This document shows positions 1-23,437 of a DNA stretch of 64,000 nt, one piece after another (position 1 is the first letter of the stretch; each line of letters starts with the position of its first letter). The notes under the pieces were generated by a model. It had not been told where the DNA came from, searched no databases, and worked only from the letters and a program-made list of their open reading frames with translations. The DNA is taken from NCBI GenBank assembly GCA_030141605.1, contig JAQGDQ010000006.1, forward strand, positions 1,451,067 to 1,515,066. Reading direction: 5' to 3'. This stretch comes from Tubiluchus corallicola (lineage: Eukaryota > Animalia > Priapulida). Position numbers and translations under genes: made by a program.

Positions 1-181
1 TTAGGTAGTTGTAGGTGGATCGCTTGTGCTGGGGAACGCGATTCCAGGGGTGGGGCGGTTTGAAGGTGTAGTTGTGATATATGCCGGTCTCTATTTCGCG
101 AATTACCAAATTTTTGACCAGGTATTCTTCTTTTCCGCACTGGAAGGCATCTACGGTGAGAACTATGCTCGATTCAGACAT
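1..181 (-). CDS. Second (inverted) copy of the nuclease-fold-like ORF, 5' part; runs off the window
   Basis: Mirror of 913-1093 (MSESSIVLTVDAFQCGKEEY...). Confidence 0.7.
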   Translation of the reverse strand, partial: MSESSIVLTVDAFQCGKEEYLVKNLVIREIETGIYHNYTFKPPHPWNRVPQHKRSTYNYL

Positions 182-455
182 CTGTGACGATGGGGGGTCC
201 TTCTACGCCGTCGGCAACGAGTTTTCCTTCGATGACGATTTGCTTGTGATTGTTCACAAATTCCAGAGACTTGATTTTTTCGAAGGTGTATTTTTTTATG
301 ACCTTGTTGGGGGCACTCTTGCGTGCGTTGGCGCGCTTGCCGCCCCGCGTCCCCGCTTGTTGTTGTTGCTTGCGAGGAACGGTGGTTAGAGGTTGTTTGA
401 AATCCTGCAAGAGAAGAAGAACAATAGTTATAGTATTGTTGTTCGCTAACGACAA
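174..455 (-). CDS. Small basic hypothetical protein of the element (possibly a 3' exon starting at 404)
   Basis: 93-codon ORF with only a TTG start. A polypyrimidine acceptor (ttcttcttctcttgcag) ends at 405 on the minus strand. Its stop overlaps the next ATG (gATGtcTGA), a virus-like packing. Confidence 0.5.
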   Translation of the reverse strand: MSLANNNTITIVLLLLQDFKQPLTTVPRKQQQQAGTRGGKRANARKSAPNKVIKKYTFEKIKSLEFVNNHKQIVIEGKLVADGVEGPPIVTDV

Positions 456-713
456 CTAGGCATTTTTGATGAGCCATTCTTTCAGATTTCTAGGTTTTTT
501 GGGGGCAGTGGGGGTGAGCACCATCGGCGGCGATGGAGGGGGCGTCGCGGAAATTACGAGTTTGTCTTCTTCTTTATCATCATCTTTCTCCTCTTCCTCC
601 TCCTCCTCTCGAAAGATGTCCATTCGTGTCCCTCTCTCGCGTCTGCTTTTACACGGAGGGGCGGAGGTGCCGACGTCCGTGTCTGGCAGACTTCTTTCCG
701 TCCAGTTTGTCCA
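456..713 (-). CDS. C-terminal fragment of an acidic/Pro-rich hypothetical protein truncated by the inversion breakpoint
   Basis: NWTNWTERSLP...EEEEEEEKDDDKEED...TPPPSPP...PKKPRNLKEWLIKNA*. The part of ORF 456..1013 beyond 713 is antisense of other genes. Confidence 0.5.
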   Translation of the reverse strand, partial: WTNWTERSLPDTDVGTSAPPCKSRRERGTRMDIFREEEEEEEKDDDKEEDKLVISATPPPSPPMVLTPTAPKKPRNLKEWLIKNA

Positions 714-912
714 GTTCCTCGCAAGCAACAACAACAAGCGGGGACGCGGGGCGGCAAGCGCGCCAACGCACGCAAGAGTGCCCCCAACAAGGTCATAAAA
801 AAATACACCTTCGAAAAAATCAAGTCTCTGGAATTTGTGAACAATCACAAGCAAATCGTCATCGAAGGAAAACTCGTTGCCGACGGCGTAGAAGGACCCC
901 CCATCGTCACAG

Positions 913-1425
913 ATGTCTGAATCGAGCATAGTTCTCACCGTAGATGCCTTCCAGTGCGGAAAAGAAGAATACCTGGTCAAAAATTTGGTAATTCGCGAAA
1001 TAGAGACCGGCATATATCACAACTACACCTTCAAACCGCCCCACCCCTGGAATCGTGTTCCCCAGCACAAGCGATCCACCTACAACTACCTAATCAGACA
1101 CATACACGGCATCTCGTGGGAGGAGGGAATGATCGAGTACGCAGAATTGGAAAACATTCTACGACAGACCACCAGAGGCAGGATCACCTACGTCAAGGGA
1201 GCAGAGATGTACGATTTCGTCAAAAAACATCTCCCCAAAAATCGCGTGGTCATACGCGTAGAGGATCTGGAAAGCGACCACCCGCCGCCCGCCATACGTT
1301 GGCAGAGCAACGGACGAGGCAGAGCGGTTCGGGCGTCCGAAACGATTGCCAACTATGTTCTAACGTGTCAGTCCAAACGGTCAACATCGTCGCCACGGCT
1401 TCGTTCTCGCAGCGCTTCGATCTGA
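913..1425 (+). CDS. Putative DnaQ/RNase H-fold nuclease-like protein of the type seen in animal Polintons/adintoviruses, 170 aa
   Basis: ATG start. Pattern VDAF...YLVKNL...YTFKPPHPW...YLIRHIHGISWEEGMIEY...ITYVKG...VEDL resembles the recurrent D.EGF..KE..FKPP..W..HG..W..G..Y..YVKG family. The first acidic motif looks degenerate. Assignment from memory of motifs. Confidence 0.6.
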   Translation: MSESSIVLTVDAFQCGKEEYLVKNLVIREIETGIYHNYTFKPPHPWNRVPQHKRSTYNYLIRHIHGISWEEGMIEYAELENILRQTTRGRITYVKGAEMYDFVKKHLPKNRVVIRVEDLESDHPPPAIRWQSNGRGRAVRASETIANYVLTCQSKRSTSSPRLRSRSASI

Positions 1426-1955
1426 ACGAACTCCGGCGGAGAACGGGCGGAAGACGCTACGAAAGAAAACCGCAAATGCTTCTGCTAAAGCGACTGGGCG
1501 GGACGCTGATGATTTTTGCCTCCGGCTCCGTGGTGGCCAACGGTTTTTCGGAGGAAAAAGTACTACGCAATGCGATCGAAGAACTCTCGAAAGGTCTCGG
1601 ACTGACGCCCGCCGACGGGATCGCAATTCGCACCATCACCGCCAGAGCCAAAATTCGCTGCAGATTGAAACTGGGTGCACTGTACGAAGAACTCGTTCGT
1701 CCTTCGACGCATTCTTTTAGAGAAGTGTTTTACGAAGTGGAACTATTTCCCAAACTAACTTGCAAATGCGAGCAAATTACTCTGAACATTTTTCACACCG
1801 GAAGCATAATAATGATGGGCGGGACAAAGGTCGAGGATTTCTCTCACGTTTTCCGCAAATTTAACGAATTCGTTTTTAACAACAATAACGTTTGTCTGTA
1901 TCACATCGACGACGACGACGACAATCCATGTACTCGCTCGTCGTCATTAGTGTAG
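1365..1955 (+). CDS. Divergent intronless TATA-binding protein (TBP)-like protein, about 196 aa, GTG start
   Basis: Two TBP repeats: VNIVATA..RFDLNEL..Y..TLMIFASGSVVANG and TITARA..LKLGALY..FYEVELFPKL..TLNIFHTGSIIMMGG. Canonical TBP reads NIVST..LDL..LIFSSGKMVCTGA and YEPELFPGL..LIFVSGKVVLTGA. Confidence 0.9.
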   Translation: MSVQTVNIVATASFSQRFDLNELRRRTGGRRYERKPQMLLLKRLGGTLMIFASGSVVANGFSEEKVLRNAIEELSKGLGLTPADGIAIRTITARAKIRCRLKLGALYEELVRPSTHSFREVFYEVELFPKLTCKCEQITLNIFHTGSIIMMGGTKVEDFSHVFRKFNEFVFNNNNVCLYHIDDDDDNPCTRSSSLV

Positions 1956-2612
1956 TTTTACTGTAATTTGCATAATTTGTGTAATTTGCGAAAAAAACGT
2001 AAAATGTAGAACTATCACGTCACCATAATAATAATAATAATCTAGTTTTAGCACGTATGTATTTTGCATAAAAAAATGTAAAAAAAATTTTTTGTAATCC
2101 ATCAATAAAAAAGATTTGTGAAAATGCATTTATCGAACTTTGGCGTTTGAAATAAATCTCCACACACACACACACACACACACATCTAAACCCGCGAGAG
2201 AAGTGGTCGCGGAAAAGGGAGGGCACCCGAGAGAGAGAAGTGGTCGCGGAAAAGGGCCGGCACTGCGCGAGTGGGGGGGGGGAAGATTTCCCTCATTGCC
2301 TGCAATGGACGATTCCACGTGACGGAGGGGTGGGTTGCAGGGGGGGTGTCCCCGACCCCCGGGACGGACGTTTGCACGCGGCGGAGGGGTGGCAGGGGCT
2401 CGCCAATTAGCGCCAATTAGCACTAATTAGTCCTCGGCGGGAACTCCACTTCTCCCTTTTTCTTCGTTTGAGGCGCTTTTTACCTCGTTTCACACACTTT
2501 CACACGCTTTCGCGCACTTTCACACACTTTCACGCGCTTTCACACACTTTCACATGCTTTCGCGCGGTTTTGCGCGGTTTAAAATGGGGTGTCAAAAAAA
2601 GAAGCCATCCAG

Positions 2613-2654
2613 GGGTCAATGAACTTTGGTCACGTGACCTAGAGTTCAAGGTCA
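2613..2654. promoter_or_regulatory. Cluster of nuclear-receptor half-sites and an E-box in the element's terminal region
   Basis: GGGTCA-a-TGAACT (IR1), palindrome GGTCACGTGACC, and AGTTCA-AGGTCA (DR0) within 42 bp. Function is not shown. Confidence 0.4.
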
Positions 2655-2841
2655 TTCGATCCAAATGAAGCCATGCGGGAGGGAAAAACTGCAAAATTTT
2701 TACCTCGTTTCACACGCCTTTTCTTCGTTTTTCTTTGTTTTTCGCGCTTTTTCGTCGATTTCGGTCACGTGCGCACTTTCACACGGGTTTTCACACTTTT
2801 TTAGGGGTTTTCGCGGATTTTCGCACTTTTTTAGGGGTGTT

Positions 2842-2882
2842 TTTCCCCACCCCCCCGGGCAGCCAAAGGGGGGGTGGGGAAA
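2842..2882. repeat. Perfect 15-bp-stem hairpin 29 bp from the putative terminus
   Basis: tttccccaccccccc / 11-nt loop / gggggggtggggaaa. Confidence 0.9.
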
Positions 2883-3569
2883 TCGGCCAGAGGCAAAACA
2901 TCTATACTACTGAGGCCGAAATACCTGGGAAAGTTAAAGTTGTCCAAAAGTCCTGTAAGACCTTCACGACCTGGTAGAACCAGTACTTGACAATAATTAT
3001 TGAAATTATCTCTTTTACTGCATTTGTCACAGACTGGCAATGTTTAAAGCATGTGACGCAAATTGTGGCCTTCAACTATAGGTGACAGTAGGAAATTGTA
3101 ATAAAACCCATCGACCTGTTTTTGTGACTTGATTATAGCTTTTTAATATAAGGCTTAGTTCTAAAAATCCTAACGTTGATTGGGATAATATGTACAAAAC
3201 ATCCAGGTTACAGAATTCTTGAGATTCGAACACCAAACTATCACTGTCCGTTTGTTTTGGATTTTTTTTTGTAAAAAATAAACCAAAACAGGTACACCAG
3301 GGGAAAGTAATTTTTGTTATTATAATGGTTATTCTCGCGGTGATTTCCAAATAGTTGTTTTCTTTTTATAGTTTGAGAAATCTGGTAGTCGAAAAGAAGA
3401 ATTAGTACTGGAAGATTTTCTTGCCAGTTTAAAAGAGACTGAGTTTATGGATGCACATTTTGCGAAGTACAAGGTATAGGCTGTGCTTTCTTTAAATATC
3501 AAATAATTCATTGTTTAGTATAAGTGACCCAGTCAACATTTTCTTCTTTTTTCTCTTGCTCTTTCTCCT

Positions 3570-3990
3570 TATTATCACCATCACCATCGCCATCACCATC
3601 ACCACCATCACCACCACCACCACCAACATCATCACGACCATCATCACCACCACCACCACCACCACCACCACCACCATTATTGTTAACATCATGATTATCC
3701 GTTGCTGTGGTCATCACATCATCATCATCATTATCGTCGTCGTTGTCGTCGTCGTCGTCATCATCAACCATCATCATCATCATCACCACCATCACCATCA
3801 TCATCGTCGTCGTCGTCGTTGTCGTCGTCGTCATCATCATCAACCATCATCGTCATCATCACCACCATCACCATCATCATCATCATTATCGTCGTCGTCG
3901 TCGTCATCATCATCATCAACCATCATCGTCATCATCACCACCATCACCATCATCATCATCGCCATACGCTTAACCGTCATCACTGTCATT
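3570..3990. repeat. Compound trinucleotide microsatellite (CAC/CAT/CGT)n
   Basis: Visible low-complexity tract. Confidence 0.95.
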
Positions 3991-4065
3991 ATTTTTATCA
4001 TCAGTATTTAACCAGCCTAATTTGATAATTGTGAAGGAGAAAATGTTTAATTAGTTGAATTAAAG

Positions 4066-4397
4066 CAGTGGTTCCCAAAGTAGGGGTAAATTACCCCCCC
4101 CCCCCGGGTAATATGGTTTTGGGGGGGGGGGTAACGGGTACCCATCTGAAAACTTCGCTCGGAATGCATTTTACGTAGTTTTCTTCTTGAAGAGACTGCC
4201 TCCGGCAGGAAACACTGTGTCATGGGGTCCATCATTCGCACGTTCTCACGATCTCTGGTGCGATCCTGGAGAGAAGTCAAAGTTCACGATTGTTTCTTTG
4301 GTTTCGAGTTGGAGAAGCAGTACTAGGTGGGGGGGTAATGGACACGACCGGGTTTCCCTATTTGGGTAACGGTCCGAGAAAAATTTGGGAACCACTG
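4066..4397. mobile_element. hAT-type MITE, family A copy 1
   Basis: TIR cagtggttcccaaa...tttgggaaccactg; 8-bp flanks aattaaag/acttaaag (7/8); inverted homologue at 6619-7077. Confidence 0.85.
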
Positions 4398-4490
4398 ACT
4401 TAAAGTGACTTAGTTCAGTCAGAACAAGAATAAGAATAAGAATGAGGATAGGAACAAGAAAATGCGTTATGCCAATTTTTTACATTTCAG

Positions 4491-17474
<12,984 letters not shown>

Positions 17475-17749
17475 ACAGATTAATTTTTGATGTAAACTGT
17501 CTGTGATGAGATATGTAAATAAATTTTATTGTTCAGTAAAACAGTAGCTTTTAATTGGCTTTTTTCCTTTTTAACTTATTGTTCAAACTAGCGATATTAT
17601 AATCAATATTGCACATGCAAAAGCATTAAAAGAACCTTTCTAAGATGATTAGCACTATTGGCACTAATTGGGAACTCTTCGCTCTCCGTTTACTAAATGT
17701 AGTGTTCGGCTAACTTCGTTTATTTTTAGATACAAATTGTCTCAAACAA

Positions 17750-18230
17750 GGCCATTAGCTACTCAGGGAAAGAGTTACAATAGGAGTGGAAATATGAGTA
17801 CATTTCCAGAACAAAAGTATTCTTGTAAGTTGAAAGGGAAACAATTTTATAGCAGGAGGTTTCACTGATAACTTGTGCATACACAGTCCATTTGAAGAGT
17901 TCCACTATTACCTGGTATAGACTGGAAAGCGAAGTTGACAAAGCACGCAGAAAAATATTATCATTGGTAGAGCATTCCAAGCTAACGGATATTCTTGAAA
18001 ACTTTAGATTTCCTTGGAAATCAAATCTCACAGTTTTCCGTCATCTGCAGAAGCTGTATTCCTCATATCTGTATAACCTCAAAGGCCTGTCTCCAAGAGG
18101 TGGATCTCGTGGGACTCATCGATACTTATAGCCCCTTTTTGCCCTTCATTCCAATGCAGAAATCGAAGTTTTAACAATGAGGAGATCATCCTTGTCAATG
18201 GCGGTTCCGATCTTTTAGAACTGGCGACCA
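17750..18230 (-). mobile_element. Highly degraded LINE reverse-transcriptase remnant
   Basis: Minus strand has VPRDPPLG (GVPQG-like) followed by SADDGKL (YADD-like); many disruptions. Confidence 0.4.
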
Positions 18231-18267
18231 TTTCAAATACACTTGTGGGAAAATCACCAGTGTTATG

Positions 18268-18318
<51 letters not shown>

Positions 18319-19194
18319 ATGCGTGTGTCCAAAATCTTTCAACCAAGAGCTGTGTGTGTGCGTGCGTACGTGCGTGCGTGTGTATGTCCAAAATCTTTCA
18401 ACCAAGAGCCGTTGAATTTAACAAAATTCACTAACTGGAATAGTCAATAGAGTGATATAATTCACAAGTACTGCTGAGATGAACTAATAGATCATGCGAC
18501 TACAATACTGCAAAACTATCCGCTTGTTACAGAATAATTTTTTCGAAAGCTCACAATGACTTGGTCAAACCTAACATTAAAATTTCGTCTTCTGTCTGGA
18601 TCCTCAGGACTTTTTCTTCTGTCTTTTTGAATTGTCTTTCACAAAGCCAGTTCAGTCAAATTCTGTAGATGTTTCATGAAATCGCGCGTTTGTGTTTGAA
18701 GCAACCCTTCCCTATTCAGAATATGCTGGCCGACAGTATGGCTTCAAACAGTTCCATAAGATCAGAGAGTTATTCAACGTGTTGGGTTTTGCAAGGTTAC
18801 ACGTGTATGATACAGATTTCTTGTGACGTATCAGCACGACGAATAGGCCACCAATACCAGGTAAGAATTAAACATTTTGTAAATTAATTTCTCCCAATTT
18901 TCATTTACAGAATTTTGTAGTTTGTAAATTTTTGGAAAATTTGTTGATCGTGTTCACACTTATAAAAAAAGTTTTCATGAAATTATATATTCATTGCATT
19001 ATAGCTACTGTAGTCTCAGTGTATTTCAAGAAATTAAGATTACGTGTATTTTAGAAGTGAACTAAGTTTTACACCTAAATGTTAGTGGATTCTCACCTAG
19101 CATTAACGATAACCTACCATTTCTCTAGTTAACGTGCATTGTAGAACAACTTTAAAAAACGTTTTTTATTTGCCATCTGACAAAAACGTTTTTA

Positions 19195-21541
19195 GTGTGC
19201 ATGTCACGTTTAATTTTAGGTTATTGAGGCAAACATCACTTAGACTAGTACAGCAGTTTTTATTCGTTAATTTATAAAAGAGGTATATTTAAACTTTAGT
19301 CAATTATATTCAAAACATTAACGCAGTTACGTACTTAAGGCCTAAACTAATTGTAAGAGAGAAATTTTTAGACGATGCCACTGCATACATAAACCATAGG
19401 GAATACAGTAATATCAAATTTAATTATCGTCTTTTTATTCAGATTTTCAATTTAGAATAAACACTTGGCACTCACGACCAAGTGGTCACTAAGCTAACTG
19501 TGTTAAACCAATGACACACGGCCGCCAAAACACACAAACCCGCCGACGTCGGCCATGATAACTCTCCTTAACAGGGCTGTCTCTCCCATTAATGCAAACC
19601 AGGCAGTTGCGCAGGGCACCAAATTTTGGTTGGCGTCAAATTCTGGAAGTAATTATTTCATTTTGAAGTTTAGCTTAAGTAATAACATAGCGTATGTGTA
19701 ATAACATAGCTTAAGTAATAACATTGTGTATGTGTAATAACATAGCTTAAGTAATAAAATTGTGTATGTGTAATACCATAGCTTAAGTAATAACATTGTG
19801 TATGTGTAACATAGATTAAGTAATAGCATTGTGTATGTGTAGTAATATAGCTTAAGTAATAACATTGTGTATGTGTAATAACATAGCTTAAGTAATAACA
19901 TTGTGTATGTGTAATAATATAGCTTAAGTAATAACATTGTGTATGTGTAATAACATAGCTTAAGTAATAACATTGTGTATGTGTAATAATATAGCTTAAG
20001 TAATAACATAGCGTATGTGTAATAACATAGCTTAAGTAATAACATTGTGTATGTGTAATAATATAGCTTAAGTAATAACATAGCGTATGTGTAATAACAT
20101 AGCTTAAGTAATAACATTGTGTATGTGTAATAATATAGTTTAAGTAATAACATTGTGTATGTGTAATAATATAGCTTAAGTAATAACATTGTGTATGTGT
20201 AATAACATAGATTAAGTAATAACATTGTGTATGTGTAATAACATAGATTAAGTAATAACATTGTGTATGTGTAATAACATAGCTTAAGTAACAACATAGC
20301 GTATGTGTAATTCTTTAAGTGCGCAACACTAATCAAACGAAACGAACCATAATCTTTCTGTCGAAATGGATAATTCATCGATGCTAGGAAGTTAATTCCT
20401 ACAGCAAAACACTTTCTAGTTTAGTTTTATTTGTATTTCTAAGATTACATCATTCCACTCAGACATTTCTTGCGCGTGATTTTGCAAGCATTTTCTATTC
20501 TATGCATCGAGCAGCCTCGCTACGTAAGTGCTTATTGTAATGACCCTTACGTTAATAAACACTTCTTTCTATAGCATTTGTCTAATTATGCCAAATAAAC
20601 TTACAAGAGTCGAAGTGTTTAGGAGCGGAATTATACAGGAAATGAAAAGCAAGAAAGCTAGCGGGTGACGGGTGGCGGGTGGCGACAATGAACAGCAGAA
20701 AGATTCGCCAGTGAAGCATTTGCAACAAAACCAGAGTTATGAAGCAGATGAAGCTAGTGAAATGGATGTACACGAAGAAAGAAGTTAAAGTTTCAAGGAT
20801 TTCCTGACGAATAGCTGAGGGAAAATCTAAACAAGAAGAGCTGAAATCACAGAAATTTGATTGCTCCTGTAATAGGGTTATAAAGTCAGTTTCAAATTTA
20901 GTCAACACAATACAAGCTGTAGATAGGTAATTGACCACACTTAATTAGTTCACTATCACACATGCATAAGTCTAACACACAGGTACCATTATACTTTATT
21001 ATAATATCATACAAGAAAAATTCAAATTTGCTGATGCTGTGTGAACCGGGGTGGAAGGGGTTGACCGTTGTTCAAATTCCGTCAACACAGCACAAACTGT
21101 AGATCTATCACACATGCATAAGCCTAACGCACAGGTAGCATTATACTTTACTATAATATTATACAAGAAAAATTCAATTTTGCGGGTGCTGTGTGGACCG
21201 TGGAAGGGGTTGACCGTTGAAGAGGGGGCGCTAAAACTAATTTTCCCTAAGGCCTACTAAGGAAAATTGTGTTAGCCATGACCCCTTAGATCTGAATAAA
21301 AAGACGATACTTCAATTTGATATTACTGTACACCACATGGTTTATGTATGTATTTTAAATTTCTCTCATGCAATTAGCTTAGGTCTTAAGTACGTAATTG
21401 CGTTAATGTTTCGAACAGACATCAAAAATAATTCACTAAGAGTTTAAATATACCTGTTTTATAAATTAATAAATAAATACTGCTGTACTAGTCCAAGTGA
21501 TTTTTGCCTCTGTAATTTAAAATTAAACGTGATATGCACAC
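19195..21541. mobile_element. Non-autonomous long-TIR (foldback-like) element, about 2.3 kb
   Basis: About 160-bp diverged inverted repeats at 19195-19353 and 21371-21541 enclose a 36-bp array and a short direct duplication (about 20953-21070 / 21104-21218). No TSD established. Confidence 0.7.
19670..20310. repeat. 36-bp minisatellite, about 18 copies
   Basis: Unit catagcttaagtaataacattgtgtatgtgtaataa. Confidence 0.95.
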
Positions 21542-23437
21542 TCAGACTACCTAGAGCCCACCCTGCTCGTTAAATTATAGAAGCCATTGAAAAGATTCAC
21601 ACTTGTGAAACTACTAGCTGTTCGCGTCTGTAGTGTAATGTAACTACAAAAACTTATAAATTAAGTATCTTAGCGCATTATATCGTTGTATGTAAAAATG
21701 TCCTACCGAAGAGAGACACTGCCAGTTCAAGCATTTTTCGTTCTTTGATTTGATACAGTGAGTTATCATTGATAGACGGTGCTATACTTAATTTCTCTAA
21801 GGAAAAAGCCAGAAAGGCACTTAGTATATATGCTAAACAGTCCGTTCATCGCTTATGTTTTCCTTTATTGCTATTTTGATGATTGCTGTTCATTGCTAGT
21901 TTTGCTGCTAGCTAAAATACTCGTGTTTATCTAACTGTCTTTCATGTTTGGCATCAAAATTTCATCAATTGTTGGTTTTTTCCATCCTTAAAGGAAGACA
22001 GGGTGATTTTTTTATATACCAGCCCATTTCAAGTCCGATAAAAGGGATACATTTTAACACAATTAATACCGCAAAAGTAGTTCTCATAATTAAATAATAG
22101 ATTAAAAATTTAATTAACGGCGGGCTAGCCCACCTATTGATGACATCACCAATTAACATAATTTTCAAAGGCAAAAATACTCCACTAGCTTGTTTGAACT
22201 GTTTGAAAAGTACAGTGGTATTCAGTGTGTTGTATCAAAGCAAGGCAAGTTTTAATATAAAAATTCAAATTTCAGAATAAGTGCTGTGCTCACGCATGAG
22301 CTGTCGAATGTTTGTAGTTCGTCGCAAACTAACGCATCTGAACAGAGAGGCACAGCACCTGTTTTTTGTGCATTGCGTTTCTGAAATGCAGGCGCTAGTG
22401 CCCGTCTAGCTAACGAATGGCGAAATGCATGTAACAGCGAAGAACTAGTGGCGCGAACGTGAAATTGTATTTCTGGGGTATTAATTATTTCACGTAAGTC
22501 ATTTTTGAAAAAAAGAGTATGTTTCCTTTCAATATTTTAAAGAGTAGATTGTTTTGACCTACAGTTTAAGATTAGGCCTGGTTTTACTTTAATAATAATA
22601 ATCTTGATTCTAGTTACTCAATTAAGTCATTAATTTTCCACAGAAATTTCAGGATCAAAATTGATGTTAATTGTTAGATTCACTCCAGTGTAAGAGGTCT
22701 AACAGTGGAAATGCTGAAATTAGTTTACCAAACAAAAAGAATGAACTTTGGGCTGCTTTAATCATTGGAAATAGGGAAATAGGGAGACAAAATCCAGGCT
22801 GTATCCCATCTATTTTCAAATTTCCTGTCTCTGGGCTTTAGTATCAAAATTTAATTTACTGTATCTTTGTTCCATCATTCATGTTCTGTCATTGTTTTAA
22901 TTTTGTCGGAAAAATTTATTTGACCCAACATCTTGGTCTGTGGATAGTTTTTTCCTAGAAACGGAGAAGGGTTTTTATGGGATATGAAAAAGGGTGGTTA
23001 TATTTTCACTGTTTGTGACGTTTTTCTGCCTAGACCCGAAGTCTCATTTTCATTTTCTTTTCGGGACTGTGCAGTGATTGTAAAATGCTTAGCAAGAAAA
23101 ACATTTTTACGTTTTAATTTGGTTTTCCCACAAAAATAAATCTGTGTATACGAGTTACGTGCCTATTCCGACAGAACTATAACTACAATGTATTACCGGT
23201 TTATTTCCTAAACGCTATTTCGCCAACTTAAACATCGAAATTTTAAGTTTCGAAGTTTTACAAACGACGAGTAAAATCATCAGCAATACAAGTGCACTAA
23301 TTCTCAGATTATTTTCCCACTAAACTGTGAATTTTACTCTTGTTGTTGGAGTGTGTCCCATTCTTTTGTGCTTGCTAAACTATTTTGGGATAAATTGCGC
23401 TAAGCATTCTTTCATGTAAGTCATTTTTGAAAAAAAA

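Larger units (their letters stand above)
1..1093. repeat. Near-perfect inverted duplication: 1-380 is the reverse complement of 714-1093, with a 333-bp spacer
   Basis: Direct comparison (position i pairs with 1094-i). The ORF track gives identical peptides on opposite strands. One mismatch seen (38 vs 1056). The left arm runs off the window. Confidence 0.97.
1..2911. mobile_element. Right-hand part of a Polinton/Maverick-like (endogenous virus-like) element, rearranged as a foldback; continues left of the window
   Basis: GC/CpG-rich, tightly packed overlapping ORFs against AT-rich host DNA. A repeat-rich non-coding region (about 2160-2911) ends in ACTACT (2906-2911), the complement of the AGTAGT terminus typical of Polintons. 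No polB, integrase or capsid gene lies in the window, so the class is inferred. Confidence 0.65.

Noticed and set aside
81-1013. ORFs 81..389(+), 163..477(-), 250..459(+), 466..798(+), 533..931(+), 554..844(-) and the N-terminal part of 456..1013(-)
   Set aside because: Antisense or alternate-frame shadows of the GC-rich element genes, duplicated by the inversion.
954-1364. N-terminal 137 aa of the 333-aa ORF 954..1955
   Set aside because: Overlaps the better-supported 913..1425 ORF in another frame; TBP similarity starts only near 1365. Kept only as a frameshift possibility.
2842-2911. Helitron 3' end suggested by the subterminal hairpin
   Set aside because: No CTRR terminus at the expected distance; ACTACT and the gene content fit a Polinton-like end better, though this is not proven.
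3492-4025. Poly-His/Thr/Asp/Ser ORFs
   Set aside because: Translations of an intronic trinucleotide microsatellite; no splice or domain support.
19653-20378. 241-aa YYTYTMLLLKL repeat ORF; also considered as a CRISPR-like array
   Set aside because: Pure 36-bp tandem repeat with no unique spacers; open frame is a by-product of a stop-free unit.
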